NCBI GenBank assembly: GCA_042570545.1
Contig: JBHPGJ010000007.1
Coordinates: 275-64,274, forward strand
DNA from: Patescibacteria group bacterium
GTDB taxonomy: Bacteria > Patescibacteriota > Patescibacteriia > JBHPGJ01
DNA: 64,000 nucleotides
Direction: 5' to 3'
The position numbers were made by a program, and so were the translations under genes. The notes under the pieces are model-generated. The model worked only from the letters and a program-made list of their open reading frames with translations. It was not told where the DNA came from and searched no databases. Below are positions 59,491 through 64,000 of this stretch, in pieces; position 1 is the first letter of the stretch, and each line of letters begins with the position of its first letter.

Positions 59491-59630
59491 GCGTACAATC
59501 TATCATTTGAATGTCTGTTTGTCAATAATAAAAGGAGCAAGCCACTCCTTTGTCAGGTAACACTTGTCCGTAGACAAGTGAGTAGCTTGCTCCGTTCTGA
59601 CTCTTATCCAGAGCTCAGCGAGGTGTCGTG

Positions 59631-59753
59631 CTAAGCACGGATAATGGTCGTCCGCCGGGTCTTACGCTTGGCCGTGTTCTTGCGCTTGAAGTTGGCCTTG
59701 GTCTCGTCGATTGCCATGATTATGGCGTGCTTTGGTACTTTGGATGGTACCAT
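59631..59753 (-). CDS. 40-aa basic small protein (MVPSKVPKHAIIMAIDETKANFKRKNTAKRKTRRTTIIRA)
   Basis: Strong SD AGGAGGT 7 nt before ATG 59753. Confidence 0.55.
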   Translation of the reverse strand: MVPSKVPKHAIIMAIDETKANFKRKNTAKRKTRRTTIIRA

Positions 59754-59851
59754 GGTCGTTACCTCCTGCATGTAGCAAAGGCAATTGTGTGAGCAGACCG
59801 CACCGTCAGCTGACGGCAACAATTAATGGGGTGGGATAAGATCGTCGCATC

Positions 59852-59926
59852 TTAACAGTTGGTTGGGGGCAGGATTTGGGCAAACCAGAAATGGTTAAGA
59901 TGGAACGAGGAGGGGATATTCCTCAT
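59852..59926 (-). CDS. 24-aa peptide (MRNIPSSFHLNHFWFAQILPPTNC)
   Basis: SD GAGGTGA before ATG 59926; not in the ORF track. Confidence 0.4.
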   Translation of the reverse strand: MRNIPSSFHLNHFWFAQILPPTNC

Positions 59927-60082
59927 GGGCATCACCTCACAGGTAGGCAGCAGCAGTTGGGGTCAGTCCGGGGACATCGGTAAGCGTTTGTGTTCGAAAG
60001 AACGGTAATACAAAAGACCTATTATCTAGGTCTGGCTGATTTTGTTTGGGTTAATTTTCATTTATTTTTAGCTGTTTTTAAC

Positions 60083-60179
60083 ATTTTACCCTTAAATATT
60101 TAACTGGTCAACCAACTAATTAACAAAAAATATTATTTTTATGGTCAGCATTGACATAACCCAATTTTTATGGTAGGGT
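60083..60179. promoter_or_regulatory. Back-to-back divergent sigma-70 promoters
   Basis: Minus strand TTGACC(60111-60106)-N17-TAAAAT; plus strand TTGACA(60151)-N17-TAGGGT. Confidence 0.6.
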
Positions 60180-60341
60180 GCTTGGTTATTTGTATCTGAA
60201 ATAAATAACATTCTCCCCTGAGAGTTTACTATTGAACTTTCGGGGGAGAAATGCCCTTAACATCTAAGCTACACAGTCACAACTTCTCCCGGTTGCGATA
60301 CGGTGTCGCAGCTGAATGTAATTTTTACATAGGAGGTAGCA

Positions 60342-61505
60342 GTGATGCTACGGACGTGTATCTGCGCAATAGCGCTGATCGTAATCGTCGTCTCCAGCGG
60401 TGTCCTGGCCCAGCCCGGTCTGTTCTTCGAGCGGACCGACGGGACCTATGGTTACATCGTGCAGGAGAATGACGACCTTGGTCAGTGGGGCATTGCGCTT
60501 GGCGCTTCCGACATATGGCTCGAACTGGTGGATGCCAATCCGCAGCTGGCGGATCCGGATCTCATCGTCGCGGGCGATACGTTAAACATTCCACCCACAT
60601 TGGTACGGACGTTCGAAATGCTGACAGCAGTTGATGCTGCCGGCGGACCGATGCCGACTAAGGGGGCGGGACCGGTACCAGTAGTCGAAGCTCAGACCGA
60701 GACCAACGGGTTTCCGTTGGGAATTATTCTAGCGGTGCTGATCACAGCACTGCTGGCGGCAATTCCACTTATCTGGTTGCGTCGCCGGAGGATCATAGCC
60801 GATCCGTATTACGGCCCACCGGTACATGAGGGCGGACTGCCAACGGTAAATGCAGCGGTGGATCACTTCACCCAGCGCTACCGTAATTGGCGGGAATCGC
60901 TTCATGTCAGTCGTGACCGGGTACTGCCGGAATCCGTCACTATTGCCAGCATACGGCCCGTTGAGGTCATGGGACCGATGCGGATCCGTTATGGCGGCAA
61001 GACGGGAACGGCAGAAAGAAACCTGCGACGATGGACTCCGGCCTGGGAGTGCCGTATGTCCGACAATACCGTTTACTACACGCTTCAAGAGTGTGGAAAC
61101 GATGTCATTGTTGGCAACGGCATGACCGCAATGCCGGAGACCCAGGTCAGGTCTCGTCAAAGCGAGAGCTTCGAGCCTCAGCGTCAAGTCTGGCCCGAGG
61201 TCAGAGATGTCGAACCCACCCCCGAGCTCGAGGTGCCCGACGAAGTCGCGGTCTACCAAGAGGTCAGGGTGAAGTCGGCCAATCGCTGGGTACTGCTCCT
61301 TGGAGAGGGAGCCGAGAAGATCATCGATATCGGTGTGCTCGGCGGTATCCTCAGTCTCGGTATCGATGGTGGCAACATCATTGCTAAGACCGACCAGGGC
61401 AGCAAGGTCATCGGTAGGATCGCCGAACCGACCACCCCGGAGGTAAAACCGGCAGATGATTCGGCTCAGACAGAGCCAGCTTCTGAAGAGGTACCGACCT
61501 CCTAG
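60342..61505 (+). CDS. Exported LysM-domain membrane protein with an unknown C-terminal domain
   Basis: Signal peptide; LysM YIVQENDDL..IA......W..LVDANPQLADPDLIVAGDTLNIP; TM followed by RRRR; SD AGGAGGT. Confidence 0.82.
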   Translation: MMLRTCICAIALIVIVVSSGVLAQPGLFFERTDGTYGYIVQENDDLGQWGIALGASDIWLELVDANPQLADPDLIVAGDTLNIPPTLVRTFEMLTAVDAAGGPMPTKGAGPVPVVEAQTETNGFPLGIILAVLITALLAAIPLIWLRRRRIIADPYYGPPVHEGGLPTVNAAVDHFTQRYRNWRESLHVSRDRVLPESVTIASIRPVEVMGPMRIRYGGKTGTAERNLRRWTPAWECRMSDNTVYYTLQECGNDVIVGNGMTAMPETQVRSRQSESFEPQRQVWPEVRDVEPTPELEVPDEVAVYQEVRVKSANRWVLLLGEGAEKIIDIGVLGGILSLGIDGGNIIAKTDQGSKVIGRIAEPTTPEVKPADDSAQTEPASEEVPTS

Positions 61506-61535
61506 CAGTTCACCGTGGTAGCAATACCACAAACC

Positions 61536-61575
61536 GACGGGTATCACTTACGAGTGGTACCCGTCAATTTATTTC
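61536..61575. terminator. Hairpin terminator between convergent genes
   Basis: GACGGGTATCACT-TACG-AGTGGTACCCGTC. Confidence 0.75.
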
Positions 61576-61585
61576 CATTAAATAA

Positions 61586-62842
61586 TTACTTCATAGCAGC
61601 TGTTATTTTTTTCAGCGCTACTACATAGGCCCCGGTGCGCAAATCGGTACGATGAATTTTAGCTGCTGTCCAGACACTAGTGAATGCTTTAGTCATCATC
61701 TGTTCTAATCTTTTAAGCACTTCAGTTTGCTTTAATTTTTTATTGTTCATATTCTGCCACCATTCCAAGTATGAACCGGCCACACCGGCTGAATTAGCCA
61801 ATATATCAGGAACAATAATTTTCTTTTTGCCGAATAATATATCATCTGCTTCCGGGGCGATCGGACCATTAGCCATTTCGACAATTATTTTGGCTTTTAT
61901 GCGATTGGCATTTTGTTTGGTTATGACGTTTTCCAGAGCCGCTGGTACCAAAATATCAACTTTTTGTTCTAGTAGTTTATTATTAGTCACGCTTTTAAAA
62001 TTTACATAATCACATACCGTGCCGATACAATAGGCGCCACCGATCAGTCCGCGCTCCTGTTTGGTATTCATTACGTTTTCCGGATCCATATTTTTTCCAT
62101 TGATTGAGATTATGGCTCCACGCGAATCAGATAGGCCAACAATTTGGTAACCTTGCTGGTAGAGAAATTTTGCCGTATTAAATCCAACATTACCAAAGCC
62201 CTGGACGGCGACGGTAGTTTTTTTGGGCTTAAGTTTCAATTTTTTTGCGGCGGCATTTACAGCCACTACGCCGCCCCAGGCGGTGGCAATATCGCGTCCT
62301 CGTAATCCACCAACGGCAACTGGCTTACCGGTAAATGAGGCTGGTGTACGTCGGCCAACAAGCTTGGAATATTCATTAGCCATCCAGGCCATTATCTTTG
62401 AATTGGTGTAGACGTCAGGTGCCGGTACGTCAGTTTTGGGTCCCAACAATTGCCAGAAACAACGCACATAACCGCGGGATAGTTTTTCTAATTCTTTCTC
62501 TGACATTTTTTTGGGATCAACGGTAATCCCGCCTTTGCCACCGCCAAAAGGGATATCAATAACTGCACATTTAAATGACATCCAGGCGGCCAAGGCTTTA
62601 ACTTCGTCGATATTAGTTTCTGGATGATAACGAATGCCTCCTTTAAATGGCCCGCGAGCATTATTATATTGTACGCGGTAACCAGTAAAAATCTCGATTT
62701 GACCGCTATCCATCTTTACCGGTATAGAAAACCGCAACGACCGCTTTGGTTGTTGCAGCTGTTTCAGAATGTGCGCTGGCGGTTTGGCAATTTTTGCCGC
62801 CTTGGCCAGCTGCTTCAGCATTGACTGAAAAGGATTGATCAT
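61586..62842 (-). CDS. gdhA: Glu/Leu/Phe/Val dehydrogenase (glutamate dehydrogenase)
   Basis: GPFKGGIRYHP, GGGKGG, DVPAPDV, QGFGNVG, EMANGP and PDILAN motifs. Confidence 0.95.
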   Translation of the reverse strand: MINPFQSMLKQLAKAAKIAKPPAHILKQLQQPKRSLRFSIPVKMDSGQIEIFTGYRVQYNNARGPFKGGIRYHPETNIDEVKALAAWMSFKCAVIDIPFGGGKGGITVDPKKMSEKELEKLSRGYVRCFWQLLGPKTDVPAPDVYTNSKIMAWMANEYSKLVGRRTPASFTGKPVAVGGLRGRDIATAWGGVVAVNAAAKKLKLKPKKTTVAVQGFGNVGFNTAKFLYQQGYQIVGLSDSRGAIISINGKNMDPENVMNTKQERGLIGGAYCIGTVCDYVNFKSVTNNKLLEQKVDILVPAALENVITKQNANRIKAKIIVEMANGPIAPEADDILFGKKKIIVPDILANSAGVAGSYLEWWQNMNNKKLKQTEVLKRLEQMMTKAFTSVWTAAKIHRTDLRTGAYVVALKKITAAMK

Positions 62843-63843
62843 TTCTTGTTTTTATTGGCTCGTCCCCAGTCGATGGTGGTGCCCTTAACTAAACCGTTTG
62901 TTTGTAAATACTTTTGAGCAGTCATGGCCGCCTTAGCACCCTCACCAGCCGAGACAATTATTTGCTTATAGTTAATCGAGGTCACGTCACCAGCGGCAAA
63001 CAGGCCCGGCAAAGACGTTTCATTGTCTTGACTAATGATTATATTGCCGCGAGCATTGACCTTAACATCACTTGATACAATATCTTTTTTTACCGTAAAA
63101 CCAACCTCAATAAATATACCATCAACCTTGATTTCTTTTTTATCATTGGGATCATCACAACCAATAATGGTGATTGATTCGACCGTATCTTGTCCGTCAA
63201 TTTTTTCTACCTCACAAGTTAATATTTTCTCGATGTTATTATGCTTCTTCATTCTTTCCAGCAATATTTTCTCTGCTGAAAACTCATTACGGCGATGAAT
63301 CAGATATACCTTAGGACAAATCTCAGCTAACAATAACGTAGCCTGAGCTGCCGAATTACCGCCACCGATAACAGCTACGGTTTTGTCTCTGAATTTGTGA
63401 GCTTCTTCCGAAGCTGTATAAACAACTCCCTTACCATATAGCTCTTCCTCCCCGGGCACGCCCAGATGCCGGCGAGTTAGACCGTAAGCCAATATCACCG
63501 CATATGATTTCCAAGTTTTTGTTTTTCCAATGGTTGTGAAAATTGGAACCACATCCCCGCCGGGTATGGTTGATTTTACATTGGTGACTTGGTCAAAGAA
63601 ATATTCAGCGCCAAAATCTTCACTTTGCGAACGAACCCTCTTCATTAAAGTGGGGCCGTCAATAAATTCTACACCAGGATAATTTTCAATTTCATCGGTA
63701 GTAGCGGCTTGTCCACCGATGTCTTGGCTTACTACCAGAGTTCTTAAACCGCGACGAGCAGAGAACAAAGCAGCCGTTAAACCGGCCGCGCCTCCACCGA
63801 CAATAACGACATCATGCTTAACTAAGTCGTCGTTCTTAGTCAT
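62839..63843 (-). CDS. trxB: Thioredoxin reductase-like flavoprotein lacking the CxxC motif
   Basis: GGGAAG, IENYPG, GGGNSA, HRR and FAAGDVT motifs; YTASEE stands where YCATCD is expected. Confidence 0.85.
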   Translation of the reverse strand: MTKNDDLVKHDVVIVGGGAAGLTAALFSARRGLRTLVVSQDIGGQAATTDEIENYPGVEFIDGPTLMKRVRSQSEDFGAEYFFDQVTNVKSTIPGGDVVPIFTTIGKTKTWKSYAVILAYGLTRRHLGVPGEEELYGKGVVYTASEEAHKFRDKTVAVIGGGNSAAQATLLLAEICPKVYLIHRRNEFSAEKILLERMKKHNNIEKILTCEVEKIDGQDTVESITIIGCDDPNDKKEIKVDGIFIEVGFTVKKDIVSSDVKVNARGNIIISQDNETSLPGLFAAGDVTSINYKQIIVSAGEGAKAAMTAQKYLQTNGLVKGTTIDWGRANKNKK

Positions 63844-63852
63844 TGCTGATAA

Positions 63853-64000
63853 CTAAGCTACCTTTTTTAACTCTTCAATCAATTTGTCTTTTTGAGTCAC
63901 GCCACTGGCCTGCCAGACAACTTCACCCTTTTTGAAAATCACTAATGTGGGAATCGACATTATTGTATATTTCTGTGCCGTTTTAGGATTATCATCTACT
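63853..64000 (-). CDS. trxA: Thioredoxin, C-terminal part (truncated by the window edge)
   Basis: Translates to [28 protein letters not shown]...; the cis-Pro loop SIPT is present. Confidence 0.88.
   Translation of the reverse strand, partial: VDDNPKTAQKYTIMSIPTLVIFKKGEVVWQASGVTQKDKLIEELKKVA

Noticed and set aside
60729-61547. 272-aa antisense ORF (also 58405-58884, 28069-28617 and other shadow ORFs)
   Set aside because: They lie opposite better-supported genes; long antisense ORFs are expected in GC-richer coding DNA

Overview
This is a 64-kb chromosomal window from a small-genome bacterium, most likely Patescibacteria/CPR. That assignment is an inference from the short 16S helix 44, the 16S gene not linked to 23S, and the salvage-type gene content; TGA serves as a stop codon, so the genome uses code 11. 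The window contains the 3' end of 16S rRNA and 9 tRNAs. It has a class III ribonucleotide reductase operon with NrdR boxes, a Com-type Zn finger and a split glycyl-radical domain. There is a cluster for non-oxidative pentose phosphate and gluconeogenesis, a Zn/Mn ABC pair, and an atypical RpoD preceded by two paralogous HTH-repeat proteins. It also has salvage and repair genes, tig, three tandem PlsC genes plus an adenylate-forming ligase, a Na+-type PPase, nusA, rnhB, gdhA and trxB/trxA. The most unusual signals are non-coding: (1) five tandem long stem-closed RNA domains between 16S and tRNA-Ile; (2) a variant SAM-I-family riboswitch with a terminator ahead of an unknown gene; (3) a 1.2-kb region with two minus-strand transcription units carrying micro-ORFs and a large nested RNA fold. 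No CRISPR array, integrase or transposase was seen. All RNA structures were paired by eye and are not computed.
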